From assembly GCA_033762295.1 (NCBI GenBank), contig JANRLW010000057.1, positions 8,837 through 72,836 on the forward strand: 64,000 bases of DNA. The letters run 5' to 3'. Both the position numbers and the translations under genes were made by a program. The stretch comes from Capsulimonadales bacterium. Its GTDB lineage: Bacteria; Armatimonadota; Armatimonadia; Armatimonadales; Armatimonadaceae. Shown one piece after another: positions 1-11,637 of the stretch (positions within the stretch are counted from its first letter, which is position 1; the number at the start of each line of letters is the position of its first letter). The notes beneath the pieces are model-generated. The model ran no database searches. It saw only the letters and a list, made by a program, of their open reading frames with translations, and was not told the origin of the DNA.

Positions 1-787
1 CGAATCCTCCGAGGGCATCGTACATCCGGACCATGTAGTCCAGGGCGCCGACATTCTCCGGCGCGGCCAGGGTGCATTGGGTCCGGTCGGGCGACATGAA
101 CTCCCCGCCGTTCTGCCACGAATAGATATAAAGCCAGGAGTTGCCGTAGTTGGGAATGAAGCCGATACGGGCGAACGTTCCGTCCGAATTGTACTGCGTC
201 AGCTTCCGGGCGTACTCCTCCAGTTCCTCCCAGGTCTGCGGCGGACGATCGGGGTTCAGTCCGGCCTCTTTGAAGATGGTCCGGTTGTAGAACAGGAGTC
301 GGTCGTCGATGCCGGTCGGAATGGCGTAGACTTTTTCCTTATAGACGGCTTCGTTCCAGGCGGCGGGATAGAAGTCGGCGGCGCGCACGGCATCGTCACC
401 GGATTCGCGGGCGAGGAAATCGTCGAGTGGCATGAACGTGTCCCGGCTCGCCCAGTCGCCGATGGTGAAACGGTCCTGATGAATGACATCCGGCGGGACA
501 CGCCCGACGATGGAGGTCATCAGCTTCTGCGGATTCATGTTCCCCGCCCCCATCGAGAGCAGGGAAACTTCGATATCCGGGTTCCGCTTCATAAACTCGG
601 CGACCTGCGCGTCCAGGCCGGCGGACTCCTTGCCGGACTGCAGTCCCCAGACGACCAGTTTGACCCTGCCCGGGGGGTCCGCGTAAGCGGGGCGGAACGG
701 GGCCAGGAGTGTCAGGAGTGTCAGAAGCGTCAGAAGCAACGGAACCGGGATGGAAAAACGGCGGATACCACAGGTACGGAGGGTCAT
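1..787 (-). CDS. ABC transporter extracellular solute-binding protein (5' part; runs off window start)
   Basis: Manual translation from ATG 787: MTLRTCGIRRFSIPVPLLLTLLTLLTLLAPFRPAYADPPGRVKLVVWGLQSGKESAGLDAQVAEFMKRNPDIEV...PPDVIHQDRF; signal peptide plus sugar-SBP-like motifs. Confidence 0.8.
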   Translation of the reverse strand, partial: MTLRTCGIRRFSIPVPLLLTLLTLLTLLAPFRPAYADPPGRVKLVVWGLQSGKESAGLDAQVAEFMKRNPDIEVSLLSMGAGNMNPQKLMTSIVGRVPPDVIHQDRFTIGDWASRDTFMPLDDFLARESGDDAVRAADFYPAAWNEAVYKEKVYAIPTGIDDRLLFYNRTIFKEAGLNPDRPPQTWEELEEYARKLTQYNSDGTFARIGFIPNYGNSWLYIYSWQNGGEFMSPDRTQCTLAAPENVGALDYMVRMYDALGGF

Positions 788-866
788 CGTCGGTGAAACT
801 TTCACGCTACAGTGTAGGACACGGTCGCATTGGCGTCAAGCGGGATTCTGCCATGCGCCGCCCGCC

Positions 867-1121
867 TCAAAGGCGATCCAGGAGATCGTCGAACGCGCCG
901 TTCTCGATCTCGCGGCTGATCTCGAACCAGAAGACATACACATGCCCGTTCGGACCGCGCCGTTCGTTCAGACGGTAGCCGTCGATCAGTTGATGGAGGC
1001 GATGGATAACGGCGGTCAGTGCGTCGTCGTCACGCGCGCCGGATTCGCGGGGGTTCGCGCCCGGTCGGGATTTCAGGGCATCGTAGGCACGACGGGCGGC
1101 CACGGAAAGAAGAAGCGACAC
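867..1121 (-). CDS. small hypothetical protein, probably leaderless GTG start
   Basis: ORF 867..1157; TATAAT lies 7 nt upstream of in-frame GTG at 1121. Confidence 0.5.
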   Translation of the reverse strand: MSLLLSVAARRAYDALKSRPGANPRESGARDDDALTAVIHRLHQLIDGYRLNERRGPNGHVYVFWFEISREIENGAFDDLLDRL

Positions 1122-1264
1122 GCTTCGGATTATACAATGAGGGAGCCTTTTCCGCATTGAACCGGCGTGACGGCCGGGGGCGGAAAAGGCCCTTTTTCCT
1201 CTCAGGACGGTCCCGACTGTCCCACGTTAGCGTGCATTGTAACGCCCTTGCTGATACGGTTCGG

Positions 1265-1357
1265 TTACTGCTCCTCCGCTATGACGAGGCGTGTACCGAG
1301 GTAGGTCGCGACAATCGTCAGCCCGAGGGCCACAATCGCGCCTGCCAGCAGTTCCAT
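1265..1357 (-). CDS. 30-aa single-pass membrane microprotein MELLAGAIVALGLTIVATYLGTRLVIAEEQ
   Basis: Strong SD AAAGGAG 6 nt before ATG; hydrophobic helix; below ORF-track cutoff. Confidence 0.65.
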   Translation of the reverse strand: MELLAGAIVALGLTIVATYLGTRLVIAEEQ

Positions 1358-1576
1358 CGCCATCTCCTTTCGCGAGGGACACCGCTCTGTATCCGTATTT
1401 TCCGTTGTGTTGTCGTCGCTTCCCTAAGGAAGCCCGGTTTCGCAACCCTATGGACACAGGAAAACGATTGAAAGTTTCCGATCGCTCCGTCCCAGACCCA
1501 TTCTTTTTCGGAATTCGCCGGTCCGGGCCGGCGAGACGGTAAGGATTCCGGCGATTATTCCTCGAACAAGACCCTT

Positions 1577-2146
1577 ATGAGTGACCGCCCGACGAAAACG
1601 CGCGAGGATGCCTGGAACCTGATGACCGAGTGGACGGCGTCCGACTCCCTGCGAAAACATATGCGCGCGGTGGAAATCGCGATGCGCAGCGCGGCCCGTC
1701 GTCTGGGAGAGGACGAGGCGTTGTGGGGAATGACCGGTCTGCTCCACGACTTCGATTACGAACGTTATCCCACCGTTCCGGACCACCCCCTCAGGGGATC
1801 GGAGGTTCTGACCGCCGAGGGCTACCCGGCGGAGGTGATCCGGGCGATTCTCGGTCATGCCCCGGAAACCGGTGTTCCGCGCGATACGCTGATGGCACGC
1901 TACCTGTTCGCGGTCGATGAACTGTCCGGCTTCATTACCGCCGTCGCCTATGTTCGCCCTTCAAAAAAGCTGGCGGATGTCGATGTTTCCTCGGTGAAAA
2001 AGAAACTGAAGGACAAGGCGTTCGCGCGAGCGGTGTCACGCGAGGACATCACGAACGGCGCGGCGGAAATCGGCCTCGACCTCGATACGCATATCGGCAA
2101 CGTCCTCGCCGACCTCAAAGCCGACGCCGTCGAACTCGGCATCTGA
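1577..2146 (+). CDS. HD/HDIG-domain metal-dependent phosphohydrolase
   Basis: KHMRAVE...GLLHDFDYE...HP...GH motifs. Confidence 0.88.
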   Translation: MSDRPTKTREDAWNLMTEWTASDSLRKHMRAVEIAMRSAARRLGEDEALWGMTGLLHDFDYERYPTVPDHPLRGSEVLTAEGYPAEVIRAILGHAPETGVPRDTLMARYLFAVDELSGFITAVAYVRPSKKLADVDVSSVKKKLKDKAFARAVSREDITNGAAEIGLDLDTHIGNVLADLKADAVELGI

Positions 2147-2260
2147 CCCACCCTCGCCGGTCGCACTTCCCGAACGGGTACAATCCCTGCGAATCCCGGA
2201 TGCCCGCTCGGCGGTTTCATGCCCGCAAGGCGTCCGACACCACAGGAACCATTCGAAAAA

Positions 2261-3232
2261 ATGAAGTACCGCAAACTGGGAAAAAGCGATGTCGAGGTGT
2301 CCGAAATCAGCTTCGGCTGCTGGACGATGGGCGGCCTGAACTGGGTCAACGGTAGCCCGAACGGCTGGGCGAACGTCGATGAGGACGAAATCACCCGAGG
2401 AATCAAAATCGCCCTCGACGCCGGCGTCAATCATTTCGACAACGCCGACGTATATGGCAACGGACGCGCCGAACGGATGCTCGCCCGCGTCCTGGACAAA
2501 CTGGGAGTCCGGAGCGAGAGTGTGGTCATCGCCACGAAGATCGGACACTTCCCCGGCACGGCGGACCACGCCTACGAACCGGCGCATATCCGACACCAGT
2601 GCGAACAGAGCCTGATCAACCTGAAGCGCGACCATATAGACCTCTACTATTTTCATCACGGCAGCTTCGGGCCGCATCTGGAAGAAGCGGCGGCGACGAT
2701 GGACGCTCTGGTCGCCGAGGGCAAGGTGCGCCTGAAAGGGCAGAGCGCCTACTCCTATGAGGACTTCGCGAAAGCGGTTCCGGTGGTCAAGCCGGCGGCT
2801 TTGCAGAGCTGGGCGCACGCGTTGGACGACCGGTTCGTTCGCCCGGATGCCCCTCTCCAAACGCTGATGGAGGAGCATGGCTGTACGTTCGTCGCCTTCT
2901 CCCCGCTGGCCCAGGGCCGTCTGCTCGACAAGTTCGATCCGAACAACCCGCCGACCTTCGAGCCGGGCGACCATCGTCAGGGCAACGGCGGATTCAAGGC
3001 CGAAGCCATCCTGGCGCTGAAGCCGAAACTGGAGAAACTCAAGGAGCGGTTCGGCGGCACGACCGAGAACCTGGCGCGGGTCGCGTTGCAGTACATTCTC
3101 GCGATGCCGAACGTCGCCTGTGTCATCCCCGGGTTCCGCAACGAACGTCAGGCCGCCTGCAACGTCGCCGGCGCGGACCAACCGCTCAGTGCCGAGGACG
3201 TCGCCTTCATCCGGGAAGCGCTGTCAGCATAA
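2261..3232 (+). CDS. aldo/keto reductase
   Basis: MKYRKLGKSDVEVSEISFGCW, FDNADVYGNG, IDLYYFH, FSPLAQGRL. Confidence 0.92.
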   Translation: MKYRKLGKSDVEVSEISFGCWTMGGLNWVNGSPNGWANVDEDEITRGIKIALDAGVNHFDNADVYGNGRAERMLARVLDKLGVRSESVVIATKIGHFPGTADHAYEPAHIRHQCEQSLINLKRDHIDLYYFHHGSFGPHLEEAAATMDALVAEGKVRLKGQSAYSYEDFAKAVPVVKPAALQSWAHALDDRFVRPDAPLQTLMEEHGCTFVAFSPLAQGRLLDKFDPNNPPTFEPGDHRQGNGGFKAEAILALKPKLEKLKERFGGTTENLARVALQYILAMPNVACVIPGFRNERQAACNVAGADQPLSAEDVAFIREALSA

Positions 3233-3382
3233 CCGTCCACCCTCCGTCCCCTTCGGTAACCTTCCGCCCGCTCCCGTCGATCCCCGGCCACGTGTCGTCG
3301 AGGGATCGATAAGGGCGGGAGGCTCCTCCCCCCTCCGCTTCATAAACCCCACCGACCGGGCCGCAGTTTTTTCGTCTCTTTA

Positions 3383-3412
3383 TTTGACAACATAACACTC
3401 ATGTGTTATAAA
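3383..3412 (+). promoter_or_regulatory. sigma70-type promoter of dnaK operon with overlapping HAIR-like/palindromic operator
   Basis: TTGACA 3384-3389, 17 nt, TATAAA 3407-3412; tttgaca-N7-actcatg resembles HAIR CTTGAGT-N7-ACTCAAG; IR ataacac-N4-gtgttat 3392-3409. Confidence 0.75.
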
Positions 3413-3491
3413 TGAAGCGTCGCAATTTTCCTGCTAAGTTTCCGGCGATCGACAGGAACCCTTCGCTGTGGACGGCATTATATAGGAATAG

Positions 3492-5408
<1,917 letters not shown>

Positions 5409-5468
5409 TCTTTTCCCCTCTCCGAGACGGAGAGGGGACTGAAAATCGACCAATACGGAGGAAACACG

Positions 5469-5972
5469 ATGGGAATCGTACGATTTGACCCGTTCCGTGA
5501 AATGGAACGGCTTCAGAACGAAATGAACCGTATCTTCGATGGCATCAACAGCGTTCCGGAAGGACGAAGCGGCAATATTGCGCAGAATATGCGCCTCTGG
5601 AGCCCGTCCGTCGACGTCGCCGAGAACGAGAGCGAAATCGTGATTCACGCCGAACTGCCCGGCATGAAGCAGGAAGATATCGACATCGAACTGACCGGCG
5701 ATACCCTGACGCTGCGAGGCGAGCGCAAGTTCGAAAACGAGGAGCGAAAGCAGAATTTCGTGCGCGTGGAGCGTTCCTACGGTCGCTTCCAGCGATCCTT
5801 CACGGTCGCGACGCCGATCCGGAGCGACCAGGTGACCGCGACTTACCGGGACGGCGTTCTGGAGATCCGCCTGCCGAAGTCCGAGGAGCAGCGGCCGCGC
5901 AAGGTGCAGGTCGTCCGGTCCGCCCCTCAGCATATCGAGCCGAAAGTCGAGACGACGGACGGAAACGCGTAG
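5469..5972 (+). CDS. Hsp20/alpha-crystallin small heat shock protein
   Basis: PSVDVAE, AELPG, ERSYGRFQRSF, ATYRDGVLEIRLPK. Confidence 0.96.
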   Translation: MGIVRFDPFREMERLQNEMNRIFDGINSVPEGRSGNIAQNMRLWSPSVDVAENESEIVIHAELPGMKQEDIDIELTGDTLTLRGERKFENEERKQNFVRVERSYGRFQRSFTVATPIRSDQVTATYRDGVLEIRLPKSEEQRPRKVQVVRSAPQHIEPKVETTDGNA

Positions 5973-5975
5973 TCC

Positions 5976-6015
5976 GTTCGGAAAAAGGGCCTCCCCGGAG
6001 GCCCTTTTTCCGAAC
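5976..6015. terminator. 19-bp perfect inverted repeat, terminator-like, between hsp20 and dnaJ
   Basis: gttcggaaaaagggcctcc-cc-ggaggccctttttccgaac. Confidence 0.8.
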
Positions 6016-6072
6016 CTTTACCTTACATCAATAGACTAAATCGTTGTGCGTCCGACGCACGAGGCATCATTC

Positions 6073-7059
6073 ATGGGACCGCAATACAAAGATTACTATT
6101 CCGTCCTCGGCGTGGAGAAGACCGCCAGCGAAAAGGATATCAAGGCCGCCTACCGGAAACTCGCCCGCAAATACCACCCGGACGTCAACAAAGGCAGTTC
6201 CGCCGCCGAGGAGAAGTTCAAGGAGATCAGCGAGGCGTACGAAGTGCTTTCCGATGACGAAAAACGTCGAAAGTACGATCAGTTCGGCGACCAGTGGAAG
6301 GCCTACTCCCAGCATGGCGGTCCGGGCGGGTTTCCGGGCGGGTACGGCGGTTTTTCGGGCGGACAACGGGTCGAGTTCAATGAAAGCGATTTCGGCAATC
6401 TGAACGACCTTTTCGCTTCGCTCTTCGGCGATATGAACAATGTGGGCGGCGGGGCGCGTATGGGCGAACGGTTCGGCGCACAGGCGCCGCCCCGGCGCGG
6501 ACGCGATATCGAGGCCACGCTGACGATCACACTGGAGGAGGCTTTTCACGGCGGAACGCGCAGTATCAGCCTCGATATTCCCGGCGGTCGTTACGATATG
6601 CGCACCGGCGCACAGGAGGTGACCAGTCGGCGGGTGGAGGTCAAAATCCCGGCCGGGGTCGCCGAAGGCCAGAAGATACGGCTCGCCGGACAGGGCGCGC
6701 CCGGCGCCTCCGGGAGCGGTGATGTCTACCTGACAGTGCAGATCGCACCGCATACTCAGTTCGAGCGTAAAGGCGACGACCTGTATACGGACGTTCCCGT
6801 CCCCTACACGACGGCCATTCTCGGCGGAGAAATCAAGGTGCCGACGGTCAAGGGCACCCGTCTGACCATGACCGTGCCGCCCGGCACCCAGTCCGGACAG
6901 GCGTTCCGGCTCGGCGGACAGGGCATGCCCCGACTCAAGACCGGTGGGAGCGGCGATCTCTATGCGCGTATCAAAATCACCGTGCCGAAACAGGTCAGCG
7001 AACGCGAGAAGGAACTGATTCGTGAGCTGGCGCAGTTCCGGGGAGACGGCAGCACATGA
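6073..7059 (+). CDS. class II DnaJ / CbpA-like co-chaperone (no zinc finger)
   Basis: J-domain with HPD, G/F-rich region, DnaJ C-terminal domain, no CxxCxGxG repeats. Confidence 0.95.
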   Translation: MGPQYKDYYSVLGVEKTASEKDIKAAYRKLARKYHPDVNKGSSAAEEKFKEISEAYEVLSDDEKRRKYDQFGDQWKAYSQHGGPGGFPGGYGGFSGGQRVEFNESDFGNLNDLFASLFGDMNNVGGGARMGERFGAQAPPRRGRDIEATLTITLEEAFHGGTRSISLDIPGGRYDMRTGAQEVTSRRVEVKIPAGVAEGQKIRLAGQGAPGASGSGDVYLTVQIAPHTQFERKGDDLYTDVPVPYTTAILGGEIKVPTVKGTRLTMTVPPGTQSGQAFRLGGQGMPRLKTGGSGDLYARIKITVPKQVSEREKELIRELAQFRGDGST

Positions 7060-7376
7060 ACAGACCGAGTGGAGACGAACCCCTCTACACCATCTCGATT
7101 GCCGCGCGTCTTGTCCGACGCGATAAACCGGATGAAACGCCGATTCATCCGCAAACCCTGAGGATGTATGAACGTGAAGGGCTGGTGAACCCGCAACGGG
7201 TGGGGAAAAACCGGCTGTACTCGGACCGGGATATCGAACGGGTGCGGCAGATCCAACGGCTGACGGCGATCGGCGTCAACCTGCAGGGGGTCGCCATGAT
7301 CCTCGATCTGCTGGAACGGTTGGAGGCACTCGAACAGGAACTGCTCGAACTGCGCGGGCAGCGACGGACCGAATAA
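7056..7376 (+). CDS. hspR: MerR-family heat-shock repressor HspR
   Basis: [10 protein letters not shown]...[14 protein letters not shown]...[29 protein letters not shown] overlap with dnaJ. Confidence 0.88.
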   Translation: MNRPSGDEPLYTISIAARLVRRDKPDETPIHPQTLRMYEREGLVNPQRVGKNRLYSDRDIERVRQIQRLTAIGVNLQGVAMILDLLERLEALEQELLELRGQRRTE

Positions 7377-7428
7377 TACGAAGAAGATCGACGGGCTTAC
7401 CGTCGAACGACGGACGGAGGGAAATACG

Positions 7429-9873
7429 ATGTTTGAGAATTACACGGAACGGGCGAGGGACGTGCTTTCCGGAAGCCAGGAGGTCCTCCGCCGTTACAAA
7501 CAGAACCAGCTGGACGCCGAGCATATCCTGCTCGCCTTGCTGGAACAGGAGGACGGACTGGTTCCGCAGGTCCTCGGACGGATCGGCGTCGACACGCGCG
7601 ATGTCACCCGGCGTGTCGAGGAGGAACTGGCCCGCCTTCCGAAAGTGTACGCTACGGAACGCTCGGCGGAGTCCCAGATTTACATCACACCGCGCGGCAA
7701 GCGGGTCCTCGACATGGCCGAACAGGAGGCGAAACGCCTGAAGGACGAGTATGTCGGGGTCGAACACCTGCTTCTCGGCATCATCAAGGAAAACGAATCC
7801 CCGGCGGCGCGCGTTCTGGCCCAGTTTCGCATCGACGAGGAGCGCGTCTACCGGGCGCTGCAGCAGATTCGCGGCACTCAGCGGGTCGACAGCGAGAACG
7901 CGGAAGGTCGCTACCAGATGCTGCAGAAATATGCCCGTGACCTGACGGCGCTGGCGCGGGAGGGGAAGCTGGACCCGGTGATCGGTCGCGACGAGGAGAT
8001 CACCCGTGTCGTCCAGGTGCTGTCCCGGCGTACCAAGAACAATCCGGTGCTGATCGGCGATCCGGGCGTCGGCAAGACCGCCATCGCCGAGGGACTGGCG
8101 CAGAAGATTCTCAATGGCGATGTGCCGGAGACGCTGCGCGGTCGGACCCTGCTGTCGCTCGATCTGGGCGCACTGGTCGCCGGTTCCAAGTTCCGGGGCG
8201 AGTTCGAGGAGCGTCTGAAGGGCGTCATGGACGAGATCCGCAAGGCCGCCGGGCAGATCGTGCTCTTCATCGACGAACTGCATACGGTCGTCGGCGCGGG
8301 CGCGGCGGAAGGCGCAATGGACGCCTCCAACATGCTGAAACCGGCTCTGGCACGGGGCGAACTTCAGTGCATCGGCGCGACGACCCTCGATGAGTATCGC
8401 AAGAACATCGAGAAGGATGCCGCGCTCGAACGGCGGTTCCAGCCGATCTTCGTCGGAGAACCGAGCATCGACGATACGATCGCCATCCTGAAGGGACTGC
8501 GGCCGAAGTATGAGGCGCACCATAAGGTCAAGATCACCGATGAGGCGCTCAAGGCCGCCGTGCAACTTTCCGCGCGTTATCTGACCGAGCGGTTCCTGCC
8601 GGACAAGGCCATCGACCTGATGGACGAGGCGGCGTCGAAGGTCCGCATCGCGCTGTCGGCCATGCCGAACGAACTGAAGGACAAGGAAGCGACGCTCGCA
8701 CAACTCGTCGCCGACGGCACGACCGCCGCCTCGGCGCGCGATTACGAAAAAGCCGCCCGACTTCAGCGGGAGGAGGAAGGGCTTCGCAAGGAGTACAACG
8801 CCGCCCGGCAACAATGGGAGCGGGAGACCGGCATCCGTTCGGTGGTCGACGAGCAGGATATCGCCCAGATCATCTCCAAAGCGACCGGCATTCCGCTCTC
8901 CCGCATGTTCGCGGGCGAGGCGGAAAAGCTGCTCGAGCTGGAAGCGCACCTGCATCAGCGGGTGATCGGTCAGGAGGCGGCCATCCGCGCGGTTTCCGAG
9001 GCGGTGCGCCGCTCGCGCGCCGGTCTGTCCGACCCGCGTCGCCCGATCGGTTCGTTCCTGTTCCTGGGGCCGACCGGTGTCGGCAAGACGGAGCTGGCGA
9101 AGGCGCTCGCGCAGTTCCTGTTCGACGACGAGGGCGCACTGGTGCGTATCGACATGTCCGAGTACATGGAGAAACATACCGTCGCCCGCCTGATCGGCGC
9201 GCCGCCGGGATATGTCGGGTACGAAGAGGGCGGCCAATTGACCGAGGCGGTACGCCGTCGACCGTACCGGGTAATCCTGCTCGACGAGATCGAGAAGGCG
9301 CATCCCGATGTTTGGAACGTTCTTCTTCAGGTGCTGGACGACGGACGATTGACCGACGGTCAGGGCCGGGTCGTGAACTTTAAGAACACGGTCATCATCA
9401 TGACGTCGAACATCGGGTCGCACCTGATCGAGGCGATTCCGGCGGACGCGACGCCGGAGGAGGCGGAGGCGCAATACGACAAGATGCAGAACCGTGTCAC
9501 CGCCGAACTGCGCGGGCATCTGCGGCCGGAGTTGCTGAATCGTATCGATGAGGTGATCGTCTTCCATGCGCTGAACCGGCAGGAGATCGGTCGGATCGTG
9601 GACCTGCTGCTGGCGCAGACCGAGAGGAAACTGCGCGACCGGGAACTGCATCTGGACGTCACCGACGCGGCGAAGAGCCTGATCGGTGAGCAGGGTTGGG
9701 ACCCGATGTTCGGTGCGCGTCCGCTACGACGCACGATTCAGCGGCTGGTCGAGAACCCGATTTCGTCGGGCATCCTGCGCGGCGAGTTTCGCGACGGCGA
9801 CACGATCGTTCTGGATGTCGACGCCAGCGGGAAACTGGTTCCGCGCCTGCTCATCCCCGGCGCGGTGAAATAA
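7429..9873 (+). CDS. ATP-dependent Clp/Hsp100 chaperone (ClpB/ClpC family, atypical)
   Basis: Clp N repeats, two AAA+ modules ([16 protein letters not shown]), short UVR-like middle domain. Confidence 0.95.
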   Translation: MFENYTERARDVLSGSQEVLRRYKQNQLDAEHILLALLEQEDGLVPQVLGRIGVDTRDVTRRVEEELARLPKVYATERSAESQIYITPRGKRVLDMAEQEAKRLKDEYVGVEHLLLGIIKENESPAARVLAQFRIDEERVYRALQQIRGTQRVDSENAEGRYQMLQKYARDLTALAREGKLDPVIGRDEEITRVVQVLSRRTKNNPVLIGDPGVGKTAIAEGLAQKILNGDVPETLRGRTLLSLDLGALVAGSKFRGEFEERLKGVMDEIRKAAGQIVLFIDELHTVVGAGAAEGAMDASNMLKPALARGELQCIGATTLDEYRKNIEKDAALERRFQPIFVGEPSIDDTIAILKGLRPKYEAHHKVKITDEALKAAVQLSARYLTERFLPDKAIDLMDEAASKVRIALSAMPNELKDKEATLAQLVADGTTAASARDYEKAARLQREEEGLRKEYNAARQQWERETGIRSVVDEQDIAQIISKATGIPLSRMFAGEAEKLLELEAHLHQRVIGQEAAIRAVSEAVRRSRAGLSDPRRPIGSFLFLGPTGVGKTELAKALAQFLFDDEGALVRIDMSEYMEKHTVARLIGAPPGYVGYEEGGQLTEAVRRRPYRVILLDEIEKAHPDVWNVLLQVLDDGRLTDGQGRVVNFKNTVIIMTSNIGSHLIEAIPADATPEEAEAQYDKMQNRVTAELRGHLRPELLNRIDEVIVFHALNRQEIGRIVDLLLAQTERKLRDRELHLDVTDAAKSLIGEQGWDPMFGARPLRRTIQRLVENPISSGILRGEFRDGDTIVLDVDASGKLVPRLLIPGAVK

Positions 9874-9879
9874 CCGTTC

Positions 9880-9910
9880 AGGCTGCCTGCTTTTAGGCAG
9901 GCAGCCTTTT
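9880..9910 (+). terminator. Rho-independent terminator of heat-shock operon
   Basis: aggctgcctgc-ttttag-gcaggcagcct-ttt. Confidence 0.8.
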
Positions 9911-9949
9911 CCATTTGGCCGTATAGATCACCTTCAGGTCGGCCCTGAG

Positions 9950-10303
9950 TCATCGCGCCGACCACCCATTCACCTCGACAGCCATCTTGCTCCCGTCGGA
10001 CTCCGTCCATTGTTCCTTCGTTTTTAACTTGTTCCCCGTTTGGGTCACCTCTACTTCGACCACCGTACCGTCGGCCTTCTTTCCGGTACCCGTGAACCGA
10101 CCGCCACCTTGTTCGGTGAGTGTGACGTCCTTCAGTTTGAGGTTCCGCGCAACGGCGGCCTCGATCTTTAGCTTGCTGAGCGGAGTCGGGGACACCGTTG
10201 GCTCAGGCGTCTGACAGCCGCCTAGCCAGAAAATTGTAAACAACGTCGCCAGAGGCGCCTGTCGGCGCATCAAAATCGCAAACCGCTCCTTCCGCTGGTT
10301 CAT
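9950..10303 (-). CDS. small predicted lipoprotein
   Basis: Basic N-terminus, hydrophobic stretch, LGGC lipobox-like motif. Confidence 0.55.
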   Translation of the reverse strand: MNQRKERFAILMRRQAPLATLFTIFWLGGCQTPEPTVSPTPLSKLKIEAAVARNLKLKDVTLTEQGGGRFTGTGKKADGTVVEVEVTQTGNKLKTKEQWTESDGSKMAVEVNGWSAR

Positions 10304-10628
10304 TTCGTTCGCCTCCCATGATCGCTTCGATCATTCGCGCATACTGCCGCCATTCGGCTTCCCGACGGGCCAGTTCCTTGCGGCCGGCTTCGGTCAGCGA
10401 GTAGACCTTCTTCGCCGGACCGGACGGTTGTATCTCCCACTTTCCCGTAATCCTCCCGTCCAGTTCCAGGGCGCGCAGGGCAGGATAGAGCGTCCCCTCC
10501 CGCAGTTTCAGCGTCTCCGCGCTCCGTCGCTCCACTTCGCGGGCGATGGCATATCCGTGAAAGGAGCCAGTCGCCAGCACCGAGAGAATGAGGAGCGGAA
10601 CATCGTTCTTCGGAAGATCACGTTTCAC
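10203..10628 (-). CDS. PadR-family transcriptional regulator (leaderless GTG start)
   Basis: LLILSVL...HGYAI...EGTLYPALRALE...KKVYSLTEAGR. Confidence 0.9.
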   Translation of the reverse strand: MKRDLPKNDVPLLILSVLATGSFHGYAIAREVERRSAETLKLREGTLYPALRALELDGRITGKWEIQPSGPAKKVYSLTEAGRKELARREAEWRQYARMIEAIMGGERNEPAEGAVCDFDAPTGASGDVVYNFLARRLSDA

Positions 10629-10634
10629 AAACCG

Positions 10635-10663
10635 AATATACATAGATTCAGGAGGTATGTCAA
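10635..10663 (-). promoter_or_regulatory. padR promoter with overlapping inverted repeat (likely autoregulatory operator)
   Basis: Minus strand TTGACA-17nt-TATATT, 6 nt, GTG; ACATA-N11-TATGT spans the spacer. Confidence 0.75.
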
Positions 10664-10718
10664 ACAAAAAGTAAAGCCGGATCGGCTTCGTGGGAAGGTC
10701 AAAGCGGGTCGGAGAGGG

Positions 10719-11615
10719 TCAGACCAGAATGGCGGCGGCGACGGCCCCGATCCAGAGCAGGAGATTGAACTGCAGGGGACGATCCTTGCCGAGAGCGATT
10801 TCCGGGGCCTCCCCCATTCCCTTCTGGTGGATCAAATAGAGATACCGGAACAGACCGTAGAGGACGAAAAAGGCGGTCGCCATCAGGTAGGGGTGCTGCT
10901 TACCGGTCGTTGAGAGGACGGTATAGAGCAGGTAGGTGACGAGGCAGGTGGTCGCCACCAGGGTGATCATCGGGTCGAGAAAAGCGACCGAATACTCCGC
11001 CAGGATTTTCCGTGTGGGCGTATTGCCGCCGAGGGCGACCAGTTCGGCCCGTCGTTTGTTCAGTCCGATGAACAGAGCCAGCAGGAACGCCAGCACCAGG
11101 AGCCACGGAGACGGCTCGACCGGCACGGCGCAGGCGCCGGCGACCGCTCGCAGAACAAACCCCGCCGCCACCGTCATGACATCGATCAGCACCACATGTT
11201 TCAGGGCCAGCGAGTAGGCGAGCGTCATCACGAAGTAAGCGAACGCGGTCAGAAAAAACGGGATACCGAGGAAGAGGTAGGCCAATGTGAGGGTCAGTGG
11301 CACCAGGACGATGACCGCGCCGATGGCCATCGGGAGGGGAAGCGCCCCGGACGCGATCGGCCGCATTCGTTTCTTCGGGTGTTGCCGGTCCGCCTCGACG
11401 TCCTTCAGATCGTTGATCAGGTAGGTCGTTCCGGACAGCAGGCAGAACAGGACGAAGCCCAGGACGACGCGCAGATAGGCGTCGACCGGATGGGCTTCGT
11501 TGAGCGTAAACAGGAGACCGGCAAAAAGCAGGCCGTTTTTCACCCATTGCCGCGGACGCATCGCGGCAATCAGTGAAAGCGGGGAGACGGCAACCGGAGG
11601 CTTTTCACTTACCAT
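10719..11615 (-). CDS. UbiA-family prenyltransferase (decaprenyl-phosphate phosphoribosyltransferase-like)
   Basis: MRPRQWVKN, YLINDLKDVEADRQHPKKRMRPIASG, KRRAEL. Confidence 0.9.
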   Translation of the reverse strand: MVSEKPPVAVSPLSLIAAMRPRQWVKNGLLFAGLLFTLNEAHPVDAYLRVVLGFVLFCLLSGTTYLINDLKDVEADRQHPKKRMRPIASGALPLPMAIGAVIVLVPLTLTLAYLFLGIPFFLTAFAYFVMTLAYSLALKHVVLIDVMTVAAGFVLRAVAGACAVPVEPSPWLLVLAFLLALFIGLNKRRAELVALGGNTPTRKILAEYSVAFLDPMITLVATTCLVTYLLYTVLSTTGKQHPYLMATAFFVLYGLFRYLYLIHQKGMGEAPEIALGKDRPLQFNLLLWIGAVAAAILV

Positions 11616-11637
11616 ACACCGTCTCTCCTTTGGACTG

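Noticed and set aside
793..805. gtgaaa-c-tttcac palindrome as a LacI operator for the SBP gene
   Set aside because: Odd-length centre does not fit the LacI CG-centred consensus, and no regulator is nearby; too weak to call
1381..1470. Possible c-di-GMP riboswitch upstream of the microprotein
   Set aside because: Lacks the GGCAAA...GAAA...GACGCAAA core
3390..3420. CIRCE element
   Set aside because: Only a partial left arm (taacactc); no GAGTGCTAA at 9-nt spacing and no hrcA in the window
7276..9651. Long antisense ORFs (also opposite dnaK, rhamnosidase, tkt and the PEP-CTERM gene)
   Set aside because: Shadow ORFs caused by high-GC codon bias opposite well-supported genes
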